This document shows positions 56,269 to 64,000 of a stretch of 64,000 nucleotides of DNA, piece after piece. A model generated the notes under the pieces. The model was given only the letters and a program-made list of their open reading frames with translations, was not told the origin of the DNA and did not search any database. The translations under genes and the position numbers were made by a program. The stretch is from assembly GCA_964469265.1 (NCBI GenBank), contig CAYXYF010000006.1, positions 13,098 through 77,097 on the forward strand. Direction: 5' to 3'. Origin of the DNA: an uncultured Bdellovibrionales bacterium (GTDB taxonomy: Bacteria > Bdellovibrionota > Bdellovibrionia > Bdellovibrionales > JAEYZS01). Each line of letters starts with the position of its first letter. Position 1 is the stretch's first letter.

Positions 56269-59034
56269 CTAGACCCGCTTACTTACGTCGGACTTTTTTT
56301 TTGAACGCACCTTTGAAGTTGCAGCTGTTTTCTTTTTGGTTTTCTTTTTAGAAATCACCCTGCTGACTTTAAGACTCTCTTTGGTTGGCCTACTTGCCTT
56401 TTTACGAATAACTTTTTTTGCAGGTTTGGCGGCTTCAACCTCTCCTGTCGCTTTGCCAGCTTTTTTGGTTTTCTTTGCGGCTTTTGCTTTCTTCGTTGAA
56501 CCACCTACAAGTTCAATTGCGTTTTCAAGGGTAAAGTCTTCTGGCTTTTCGCCTTCAGGAAGAGAAACATTCTTCTTACCAAACTTAATGTATGGCCCGT
56601 ATTTTCCTGAAAGAATTTGTAACTTTTGACCGTCATACTCTCCAAGCTCTTTAACTACCGTTGCACGCGCACCACGCCCCTTCTTTGGTTGTGCGAGCAT
56701 TTCAAGCGCGCGCTCTAAATCCACAGCGAAAAGATCGTCGTTTTTTGAAATAGAACGATAGTCACCGTCGCAAACCACATAGGGTCCAAATCTTCCGATT
56801 CCTAATTTAATATCTTTTTCCGTTTCAGGATGTTGCCCTAATGTCTTTGGCAAACTCACAAAAAACAAAGCCTTTTCAAAATCCACTGTGTCCAGAGGTA
56901 TATGCGCAGGAATTGAAGTCCTTTTTGGTTTTAATTCTGGATCACGGTCGTTTTCGTTATCACCAAGTTGCACATACGGCCCATATCGCCCAGTGAGCAC
57001 GTAGATCGGCATTCCAGTTTTAGGATCTTTTCCAATAGAATCAGCGCCATTGATTTTCTGATCAATGATTTCATTTGCAAACTCTGCTGTAATTTCAGAA
57101 GGAGGTTTTGTTTCAGGAATTGAGGCGCATTCTTCTTCATTTTTATTTTTACGACAAACATAAGCACCATAGCGGCCGACACGGAAACTCAGGCTCTCTA
57201 AGCCTTGCACCTTCATCGACCGAGCCTCATCGGCATCGATGATCTTTTCTTGCTTTTCCACTTGTGATTTAAGACCCGTTTTACCGAGGTAAATGGATTT
57301 AAGATAGTCCACCCATTCCAAATCACCCTCTGCAATCTCGTCGAGTTTTTCTTCCATCTCTGCTGTAAATTTTAGATCCACATACTCAGGGAAGTAATTT
57401 GAAAGTAGTTTTGAAACAATCAAAGCAGTAAATGTCGGTATCAAAGTATTGCCTTGTCTTGTCACATACCCTCGGTCAACAATCGTACTGATTGTCGAAG
57501 CATAAGTCGACGGTCGGCCAATGCCTTCTTTTTCAAGAACCTGAATAAGGCCTGCCTCTGTAAATCTTGATGGTGGCTTTGTTTCATGTTCAGTCTTCTT
57601 AGTGGACTTCACTTTAACCGACTCACCAGCTTTTAAGGCAGGAAGAGTTTCTGTATCTTGTTTTGCTTCATCTGTTGCTTCTTCATAAACTTTTAAGAAT
57701 CCAGGAAACTCAATGACGGTTCCAGAAGATGAAAACAAACACTTATCCACGGACATTCGAACTTGAACCTGTCTTTGAAGAGAGCTTGCCATTTGAGACG
57801 CAAGAGTTCTTTTCCAAATCAAATCATAAAGCTTATAGGCATCAGCCTTTAATCCAGTCTCATCTGGTGCGGTGAACTTGCTTCCAGAAGGTCTAATTGC
57901 TTCATGGGCCTCTTGTGCACCTTTAGCTTTTTTACCTTTAAACGTACGAACACCGTCTGAAAGAAACTTCTCACCATAAAGGCTTTTTACACTACTGCGA
58001 GCTGCTTTAATCGCCTGTTCAGAGAGATTAATGGAGTCTGTTCTCATGTAAGTGATAAAACCTTTTTCGTAAAGCTCTTGAGCCGTTCTCATCGTTTGTC
58101 TTGACGGCCAGCCAAACTTTCTTGAAGCATCCTGCTGTAGAGAAGATGTAATAAACGGTGGATAAGGTTCACGAGTAATCGGACGCTCGTCTACGCTTTC
58201 AACTTTTAAGTTCTTACCAGAAACACTTTCTGCAATTTTATCGGCTTTTTTAGAATCCAGTACCAGTATCTGACTGCTTTTATCTTTTGGAACTTCACCA
58301 GTTTCTTGATTGAAGTCCTTTCCTGTGGCGATCTTCTTTCCTTCAAATTGCGTGAGTCTCGAAGTAAACTTCTGGCCTGACTTTTCAAGCTCACTTTCTA
58401 CTCCACAGTAAGTTGCTTTTTTAAATTTAAATCTTAAAAGCTCTCTTTCTGAAACAAGCCTCAGCGCCACACTTTGCACTCGTCCTGCAGAAAGACCGTA
58501 TGCAACCTTCTTCCAAATCAATGGTGAAAGTGAAAAACCCACCAAACGATCGAGAATTCGGCGTGCTTCCTGTGCTTTCACGAGGTTGTGATCTAACTTT
58601 CTCGTATTCTCAAGGGACTCTTGAATCGCGTCTTCAGTAATTTCGTGGAAGACCATGCGCTTAACAGGAATTTTTGGCTTTAGCACTTCCATTAAGTGCC
58701 ATGAAATGCTTTCTCCCTCTCTGTCTTCGTCCGTCGCAAGATAGAGTTCAGTGGATTCCTGCATTTTACTTTTGAGCGTGCTAACAATTTTCTTTTTATC
58801 ATTAGGAATACAGTAAAGAGGCTCAAAGTCGTTTTCAACATCCACTCCAAGCCTTGCCCACTTTTGTTTTTTATACTTTTCAGGAACATCCTTTGCAGTT
58901 TTAGGAAGGTCACGAATATGTCCCATGCATGATTCAACGATAAAGTCCTTCCCTAGAAACTTTTTAATCGTCTTCGCTTTTGTAGGAGACTCCACTACCA
59001 CCAATTTTTTTCCGCTCGTCGCTTTTTTCGTCAT
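56269..59034 (-). CDS. topA: DNA topoisomerase I with Cys-less C-terminal repeats and a Lys-rich tail
   Basis: 921 aa. TOPRIM KLVVVESPTKAKTIKKFLG and the type IA core. Four G(R/K)(Y/F)G(P/A)Y repeats. Tail of about 90 aa rich in K/A/T/S. Confidence 0.95.
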   Translation of the reverse strand: MTKKATSGKKLVVVESPTKAKTIKKFLGKDFIVESCMGHIRDLPKTAKDVPEKYKKQKWARLGVDVENDFEPLYCIPNDKKKIVSTLKSKMQESTELYLATDEDREGESISWHLMEVLKPKIPVKRMVFHEITEDAIQESLENTRKLDHNLVKAQEARRILDRLVGFSLSPLIWKKVAYGLSAGRVQSVALRLVSERELLRFKFKKATYCGVESELEKSGQKFTSRLTQFEGKKIATGKDFNQETGEVPKDKSSQILVLDSKKADKIAESVSGKNLKVESVDERPITREPYPPFITSSLQQDASRKFGWPSRQTMRTAQELYEKGFITYMRTDSINLSEQAIKAARSSVKSLYGEKFLSDGVRTFKGKKAKGAQEAHEAIRPSGSKFTAPDETGLKADAYKLYDLIWKRTLASQMASSLQRQVQVRMSVDKCLFSSSGTVIEFPGFLKVYEEATDEAKQDTETLPALKAGESVKVKSTKKTEHETKPPSRFTEAGLIQVLEKEGIGRPSTYASTISTIVDRGYVTRQGNTLIPTFTALIVSKLLSNYFPEYVDLKFTAEMEEKLDEIAEGDLEWVDYLKSIYLGKTGLKSQVEKQEKIIDADEARSMKVQGLESLSFRVGRYGAYVCRKNKNEEECASIPETKPPSEITAEFANEIIDQKINGADSIGKDPKTGMPIYVLTGRYGPYVQLGDNENDRDPELKPKRTSIPAHIPLDTVDFEKALFFVSLPKTLGQHPETEKDIKLGIGRFGPYVVCDGDYRSISKNDDLFAVDLERALEMLAQPKKGRGARATVVKELGEYDGQKLQILSGKYGPYIKFGKKNVSLPEGEKPEDFTLENAIELVGGSTKKAKAAKKTKKAGKATGEVEAAKPAKKVIRKKASRPTKESLKVSRVISKKKTKKKTAATSKVRSKKKSDVSKRV

Positions 59035-59233
59035 CCGTTCCTCTGTCTACGCTGTTTTTTGAATTCGCTCTCTCTATATATATGTCTTATTTGCTGCTTA
59101 CTCTCTTTTCAAAAATGAGGGCGGCGATCATAATTAGCAAGCATAAATTTTAATGTATCGCATTAAGATTCAAATTAATTAAGCAGTTTCAAAGCTTTAC
59201 ATATGGATGCCATTTCCCTAAACTGATCACTAA

Positions 59234-60034
59234 ATGAATTCATTATCTGACTTTCAAAAAAATTTCCAGACCTCACAAAGTAAAATCCAGTACGTCTTTT
59301 GCGATATTGATGACACCATAACCACCGATGGCAAGCTTCCCGCCCACTCCTATGAAGCCCTTTGGCGTCTTCACAACAACGGAATTCACGTGATTCCCGT
59401 GACGGGAAGGCCTGCAGGCTGGTGTGAAATGATCGCAAGATTTTGGCCCGTCAGCGGTATTATCGGTGAAAACGGCGCATTTTATTTCAGACACATCAAC
59501 GGCAAAATGGAACGTCGATACATGATTTCCGATGAAGAGATTAAAAAGAATCGAAAAAAACTCGATAAGATCGCAGAAGAGATTATAAAAAAAGTAAAAG
59601 GCTCAGCCGTTTCATCAGATCAGTTTTGCCGAATTTTCGATCTTGCCATAGATTTTTGTGAAGATGTTCGCCCCTTACCAAAGGCAAAGGTCAATCAAAT
59701 CGTTGAGATTTTTAAAGAACACAAAGCGGAAGCGAAGGTCAGTAGCATTCACGTTAACGGTTGGTTTGGTAATTACGACAAGCTTTCCATGTGCAAAGAA
59801 TTTATGAAAAGAGAATTTAAAGTTAACGTTTCCAAAGATAATAATTTATGTGCATTCGTAGGTGATTCCCCAAACGACGAACCCATGTTCGAGTTTTTCA
59901 AAAATAGCTTTGCTGTACAAAATATAAAAGAGTTCGTTGAAACCCTTTCACATAAACCCGCTTATATCTGTCCTTCTCAGGGCGCAGATGGCTTTGTCGA
60001 GTTTGCAAATACAATTCTTTTGACTAACGAATAA
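59234..60034 (+). CDS. HAD-IIB (Cof/SPP-type) phosphatase
   Basis: 266 aa with motif I FCDIDDTIT, motif II VTGRP and motif IV GDSPNDEPMF. Confidence 0.75.
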   Translation: MNSLSDFQKNFQTSQSKIQYVFCDIDDTITTDGKLPAHSYEALWRLHNNGIHVIPVTGRPAGWCEMIARFWPVSGIIGENGAFYFRHINGKMERRYMISDEEIKKNRKKLDKIAEEIIKKVKGSAVSSDQFCRIFDLAIDFCEDVRPLPKAKVNQIVEIFKEHKAEAKVSSIHVNGWFGNYDKLSMCKEFMKREFKVNVSKDNNLCAFVGDSPNDEPMFEFFKNSFAVQNIKEFVETLSHKPAYICPSQGADGFVEFANTILLTNE

Positions 60035-60067
60035 ATAGATCGCAGATTCCCTTAAACGGGGCGATTT

Positions 60068-60817
60068 GTGGGTATTAAAAGTATCAGTTTATCTTTGGCA
60101 ATCTTATTCTTCTTTGCAGGATACTCTTCCTATGGGGCTATCTCTATAGAAGATGACGCGCTTATAATCGTTCACGGCTCCAAACATTATCATACCGATC
60201 AGAGCACCATTGAGTTTTCTAATCTCATTGCAGAGAAATTTTTAAACGCTCAAAAATCCGTGATCGCACTTTCGCAAAAACCAATCCATGGGGATCAACT
60301 TTGGTATGTTGAGCCTTCTTTGATCACCAAGGAAATCTCTTCCAGGATGGGAGAACACAAGCTCATTTTTACGCCACGGTCTCAGTTCCATGTTTCCTTG
60401 ATCGGTGGTTATCAGAGTGCATGTTTAAGCCGCGCGCTAGCAGATCTTGTTTCAAATTCTTTTAAGAATTTTCAGGTTTTAAATATTCGCCTTTTCACTC
60501 GGGGAATATTTACTGGATTTCAGTTTAAAAATGGAAAGCTTTTCCCTTCCGTCGATGAAGAGTCCTGGGCCGATAGCTCCGTTGATGGTCTGAACTTATA
60601 TGAAGTCACGCAGAACTTAACTCATCATGAATGGGAATCTTTTATCAAAGATTCCCTAAGAGTATCTCTGTTTAAAAAGCGTGCTTTTAAACAACTGAAT
60701 ACTGATCTATTCAATATTGAAGTCTACCGAAATTCGAAAAAGATCTTTGAGATTAAAAACCAACATAAAAGTCCCAAGGTTATTCGCATCCATTACGACG
60801 ATACAAATAACCTATAG
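60068..60817 (+). CDS. Hypothetical secreted protein
   Basis: 249 aa with a GTG start and a signal-like N-terminus (..LAILFFFAGYSSYGA). No motif recognised. Confidence 0.45.
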   Translation: MGIKSISLSLAILFFFAGYSSYGAISIEDDALIIVHGSKHYHTDQSTIEFSNLIAEKFLNAQKSVIALSQKPIHGDQLWYVEPSLITKEISSRMGEHKLIFTPRSQFHVSLIGGYQSACLSRALADLVSNSFKNFQVLNIRLFTRGIFTGFQFKNGKLFPSVDEESWADSSVDGLNLYEVTQNLTHHEWESFIKDSLRVSLFKKRAFKQLNTDLFNIEVYRNSKKIFEIKNQHKSPKVIRIHYDDTNNL

Positions 60818-60819
60818 AA

Positions 60820-63216
60820 CTATTTTTTAATTTTTAAATCTGTTAATGCCGCAAACGGATTATTGAATGCAGGTTTAGGCTTTGGCGTAAACTGCGGCTT
60901 CCCTCTTGAAGGAGCACCCTTCCCTCTTGTCTGTCCTTTATGTGGCTTGGCACCACGACCCGCAGGTCTTCTTTCGGGTCTTGCACTTTGGTGCGGTCGA
61001 CTTTGCGGTCGACTTTGCGCGCGCCTTGGCGCTTCAGTTAACTTCATTGTCAGGAAAATCTGATTCTTCTCTAAATCGATCTTCAAAACTTTAACTTCTA
61101 CTTGGTCCCCTGGGCTCACCACTTTCCTTGGATCATCAACAAACTCGTGGGTGAGTTCAGAGATATGAACCAAACCATCTTGGTGAACACCGATATCCAC
61201 GAAGGCACCGAAGTTTGTTACGTTTGTTACAATTCCTGGGCAGATCATTTCTTCTTTGAGATCTTTCACTTCAAAGATATCGTCTCGGTACGCAAACACC
61301 TTAAATATATTTCTAGGATCTCTACCTGGCTTTTCTAACTCTTTAATAATGTCATCAAAAGTATACTCACCAACAAGCTCCGCCCATTTTGTACGAAGTT
61401 CCACTAGCTTCTTAGCGCCTTCTCCCACAAGTCCTGAAACCGTCATGCCGAGTTCTTGGGCCATTTCTCTCAGTGCGGAGTATCTCTCAGGATGTATTCC
61501 TGTTTGATCAAGAAAATTAATACCGTTATTGACCCTTAAAAACCCAGCGGATTGTTCAAAAACTTTAGAAGAAAACTGTGGAACCTTTAAAAGTTCACTT
61601 CGGTCTTTAAATAAGCCCGTAGACCCACGATAGTTCACAATATTTTTTGCAGTCACGGGACCAATCCCAGAGATAAATTGCAAAAGATATGCGGACGCTG
61701 TGTTTACGTCCACGCCTACGGTATTTACGCAACTTTCGACAACGCCAGTAAGACTTTTTTCAAGCTTTGTGGGCGTAATGTCATGTTGATATTGTCCAAC
61801 ACCGATACTTTTCGGATCGATCTTAACAAGCTCAGAGAGTGGGTCTTGAAGTCTTCTTGCAATAGAAATCGCGCCACGAATAGTAAGATCTAAATCGGGA
61901 AACTCCTCTCTTGCAGTATCTGAAGCAGAATAAACAGAGGCACCAGATTCGTTGACCATGATAACTGGGACATCCTTTTCAAGCTTCTTTAAGATTTTTC
62001 GGATAAAGATTTCAGTTTCTCTGCCAGCAGTTCCATTCCCAACAGCAATGGCCTCAACCTTGACATGACCCAAAAGCTCTTTGAAAAGTTTTTCAGCATT
62101 CTCTTCAGCTTTAGTTCCTAAGATATCCATCACAGTATGAGAAATATATTTTCCAGTATGATCAACAAGAGCAATCTTTGAACCTGTTTTTAAACCAGGA
62201 TCAACTCCGAGCACACATTTTGGGCCAAACGGACTTGCCAATAAAATTTTTCTAACGTTCTCAGCGAAAACATCAATGGCGTGAAGGTCTGCCGTGTCCT
62301 TTAACTTTTTATGGATCTCATTTGAGATAGAAGGCATCACATGGAGATCAAGAGCATTTTTTGCCATGTCTTCAAGAAACGGTCTTGCCTGATTGTTTGC
62401 AGAAACAGAGAAATCCACAAAGTGCTTTAAAACAAAATCAGTCTCGCCCTCGATGTTAAGAGTTAACTCACCTTCGTTCCAACCGCGTCTCATCGCCATA
62501 TAACGGTAAGAAACCTTCGGCTGAAGGAGTTTTTGGATGGACTCCTCAAAGTCCACATACATATCGTATTTGGAGTTTGCTTTGAACTTTTTGCCCTTTT
62601 TAGAAATAACTTTTCCTTTGGCCATGAGGTTATCTCGGACAAAGGCTCTGAGGTCTTGGTTATTGGTCAATCGCTCAATAAGAATCGCCTCAGCACCCTT
62701 TAAGACTTCTTGATAGGTTGCAAATTTATGTTCAGCATTCTGAAAGGTTTTAGCTTTAACTTCAATGGATGTGTCTTCGTTGATAAGACCCTTACCTAAA
62801 TCCCATAACCATTGTGCAAAAGGTTCTATACCCGCATCGCGAGCCATCTTTGCTTTGGTTTTCTTCTTTTTCTTGTATGGACGATAGAGCTCTTCAAGCT
62901 CGTTAATATCCATAGTGGTAATAAGTCGGTTTTTAAGTTCATCAGTCAGGTTGCCTTGAGCCTCGACCTCTTTAACGATGAAAGCTTGTCTTGAAATAAG
63001 CTCTTCGTAATCTTCGTTGGTATCAAGTACCGCACGAATTTGGGTCTCGTCCAAGTTCCCTGTCTTTTCTTTGCGATATCTCGCTATAAAGGGAACCGTT
63101 CCACCTTGTTTGTTCAACTCAATAACCGAAAGTGCTGAACGAATATTGATATTCGGTAACTGCTTCTTAAAAAAACTCTCTAATGTGACAGCCATAATAG
63201 CTATATTCCCCTTCAT
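60820..63216 (-). CDS. tex: Tex-like transcription accessory protein (S1 domain) with a basic Pro/Arg-rich C-terminal extension
   Basis: 798 aa with GGTVPFIARYRKEKTGNLDETQIR, a YqgF-like and HhH region, an S1 domain (GIVTNVTNFGAFVDIG..DGLVHISEL) and the tail ..RRAQSRPQSRPHQSARPERRPAGRGAKPHKGQTRGKG.. Confidence 0.9.
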   Translation of the reverse strand: MKGNIAIMAVTLESFFKKQLPNINIRSALSVIELNKQGGTVPFIARYRKEKTGNLDETQIRAVLDTNEDYEELISRQAFIVKEVEAQGNLTDELKNRLITTMDINELEELYRPYKKKKKTKAKMARDAGIEPFAQWLWDLGKGLINEDTSIEVKAKTFQNAEHKFATYQEVLKGAEAILIERLTNNQDLRAFVRDNLMAKGKVISKKGKKFKANSKYDMYVDFEESIQKLLQPKVSYRYMAMRRGWNEGELTLNIEGETDFVLKHFVDFSVSANNQARPFLEDMAKNALDLHVMPSISNEIHKKLKDTADLHAIDVFAENVRKILLASPFGPKCVLGVDPGLKTGSKIALVDHTGKYISHTVMDILGTKAEENAEKLFKELLGHVKVEAIAVGNGTAGRETEIFIRKILKKLEKDVPVIMVNESGASVYSASDTAREEFPDLDLTIRGAISIARRLQDPLSELVKIDPKSIGVGQYQHDITPTKLEKSLTGVVESCVNTVGVDVNTASAYLLQFISGIGPVTAKNIVNYRGSTGLFKDRSELLKVPQFSSKVFEQSAGFLRVNNGINFLDQTGIHPERYSALREMAQELGMTVSGLVGEGAKKLVELRTKWAELVGEYTFDDIIKELEKPGRDPRNIFKVFAYRDDIFEVKDLKEEMICPGIVTNVTNFGAFVDIGVHQDGLVHISELTHEFVDDPRKVVSPGDQVEVKVLKIDLEKNQIFLTMKLTEAPRRAQSRPQSRPHQSARPERRPAGRGAKPHKGQTRGKGAPSRGKPQFTPKPKPAFNNPFAALTDLKIKK

Positions 63217-63335
63217 GCCCGCTTAAATCCAATTGTGGCAATTTCTGAGCTTGAACTCAGTTGACAAACAGAGTAAAAATCATGTTTTACTATAAGCATA
63301 ACTAAGCTCGAGAAATATATTCATTAAGGGAAAAG

Positions 63336-63554
63336 ATGGCAAGAGATGATTTAGCTCAAATTGAAGGCAAAGTAGTCGACGCAGGTGCAGGCGGACTCTA
63401 TAAAGTTGAACTTGAAAATGGAATGACTATTGCGACAAAACTTTGCGGAAAAATGAGACGTTTTAATATCAGAGTGGTCGTCGGCGATAAGGTGACTGTC
63501 GGTGTCTCTCCCTATGACCCTTCACACGGCTTAATTCTGTTCCGCCATAAATAA
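63336..63554 (+). CDS. infA: Translation initiation factor IF-1
   Basis: 72 aa; S1-like sequence ..IEGKVVDAGAGGLYKVELENGMTIATKLCGKMRRFNIRVVVGDKVTVGVSPYD. Confidence 0.95.
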   Translation: MARDDLAQIEGKVVDAGAGGLYKVELENGMTIATKLCGKMRRFNIRVVVGDKVTVGVSPYDPSHGLILFRHK

Positions 63555-63560
63555 GATCTT

Positions 63561-64000
63561 TTAAGCCTTATAATTTACAATCAGAGTTTTAATCCCGTTT
63601 TCAAAAATCACGTCGATATAATTATCGCGCTTCTGCATAACAACGCCCCAACCGTGGACCTTGTGTTGAAGCGGAGTCTTGATTTCATAATCCTCTGACA
63701 TCCGATATTCCTGCGGAGCCTCATCTGCTAATTGTTTATTGAGCTTAAGCCATCTTTTGTAATGCTCCTGGGCTTCAGGAGACATATTTTTAAAGTCTTC
63801 ACGAGTGATTGGTTCATTGAGCTGCGGATTTTCAATTGTCGCAACGGGCTTATTAGTGAGTCTAACAGGTGCTTTTTTAGCTTTCTTGGTTTTCTTTGCT
63901 GCGGTCTTCTTCACTTTCTTCGCAGGCTTTTCAACTTTTTTTACAGTCTTTTTGGCAACTTTCTTCTCAGCTTTTTTTGCAGTTGCCTTTTTAGCGGTTT
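63561..64000 (-). CDS. Lys/Ala-rich (histone H1-like tail) protein with a small C-terminal globular domain; 5' end beyond the window
   Basis: The track gives 63561-63914 from a GTG. The same frame stays open to the window edge, reading ..TAKKATAKKAEKKVAKKTVKKVEKPAKKVKKTAAKKTKKAKKAPV.. The C-terminus is ..HKVHGWGVVMQKRDNYIDVIFENGIKTLIVNYKA. Confidence 0.55.
   Translation of the reverse strand, partial: TAKKATAKKAEKKVAKKTVKKVEKPAKKVKKTAAKKTKKAKKAPVRLTNKPVATIENPQLNEPITREDFKNMSPEAQEHYKRWLKLNKQLADEAPQEYRMSEDYEIKTPLQHKVHGWGVVMQKRDNYIDVIFENGIKTLIVNYKA

Overview
This is an AT-rich (by eye, not computed) chromosomal segment from a Gram-negative bacterium. It is densely packed, with about 66 protein genes and 2 tRNAs, and is almost entirely housekeeping.

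Main content, left to right:
- A long minus-strand outer-membrane and lipid A operon: LpxL-like acyltransferase, lpxK, lpxB, lpxA, fabZ, skp, bamA.
- lolD plus a single lolC/E permease, prfB with its programmed +1 frameshift, ybeY and a PgpH-like 7TM-HD protein.
- mazG, murJ, rpsT, a PilZ-like protein, holA and lptE.
- A serine-pathway pair, purA, and tRNA-Lys(UUU) with tRNA-Glu(UUC).
- A looser stretch holding a Zn protease, an NnrS-like/Rrf2 pair, a hotdog thioesterase, two repeat-rich envelope proteins, a REC-HD-GYP regulator, gpx, a proline-rich DUF3011-like protein, ndh, an AI-2E transporter, msrA and a GNAT.
- A small sugar-modification cluster with galE, then an srkA-like kinase / radical-SAM-SPASM / MFS operon.
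- A secreted protease, aat, recQ-family helicase, a stand-alone mitochondrial-type EF-G, a CNNM/CBS transporter, cutA and two tandem small paralogues.
- A methyltransferase, 2-oxoacid dehydrogenase E1 alpha/beta, prc, topA, tex, infA and a Lys/Ala-rich protein cut by the window edge.

Gene content and the EF-G type suggest a delta-proteobacterial or Bdellovibrio-like lineage; this is inference only.

I see no CRISPR array, integrase, transposase, phage genes or recognisable defence island, and I cannot honestly point to a compelling new multi-gene system.

The features that annotation does not explain are:
1. An intergenic repeat and hairpin element with three copies (10841-11036 and 20686-20766).
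2. The translationally coupled kinase / rSAM-SPASM / MFS operon, which has no visible precursor peptide.
3. Two tandem HPF/RaiA-like small paralogues.
4. An HD-GYP regulator next to two different repeat-built envelope proteins.

All calls come from reading the ORF track and the sequence by eye. No database search, GC statistic or folding calculation was run.
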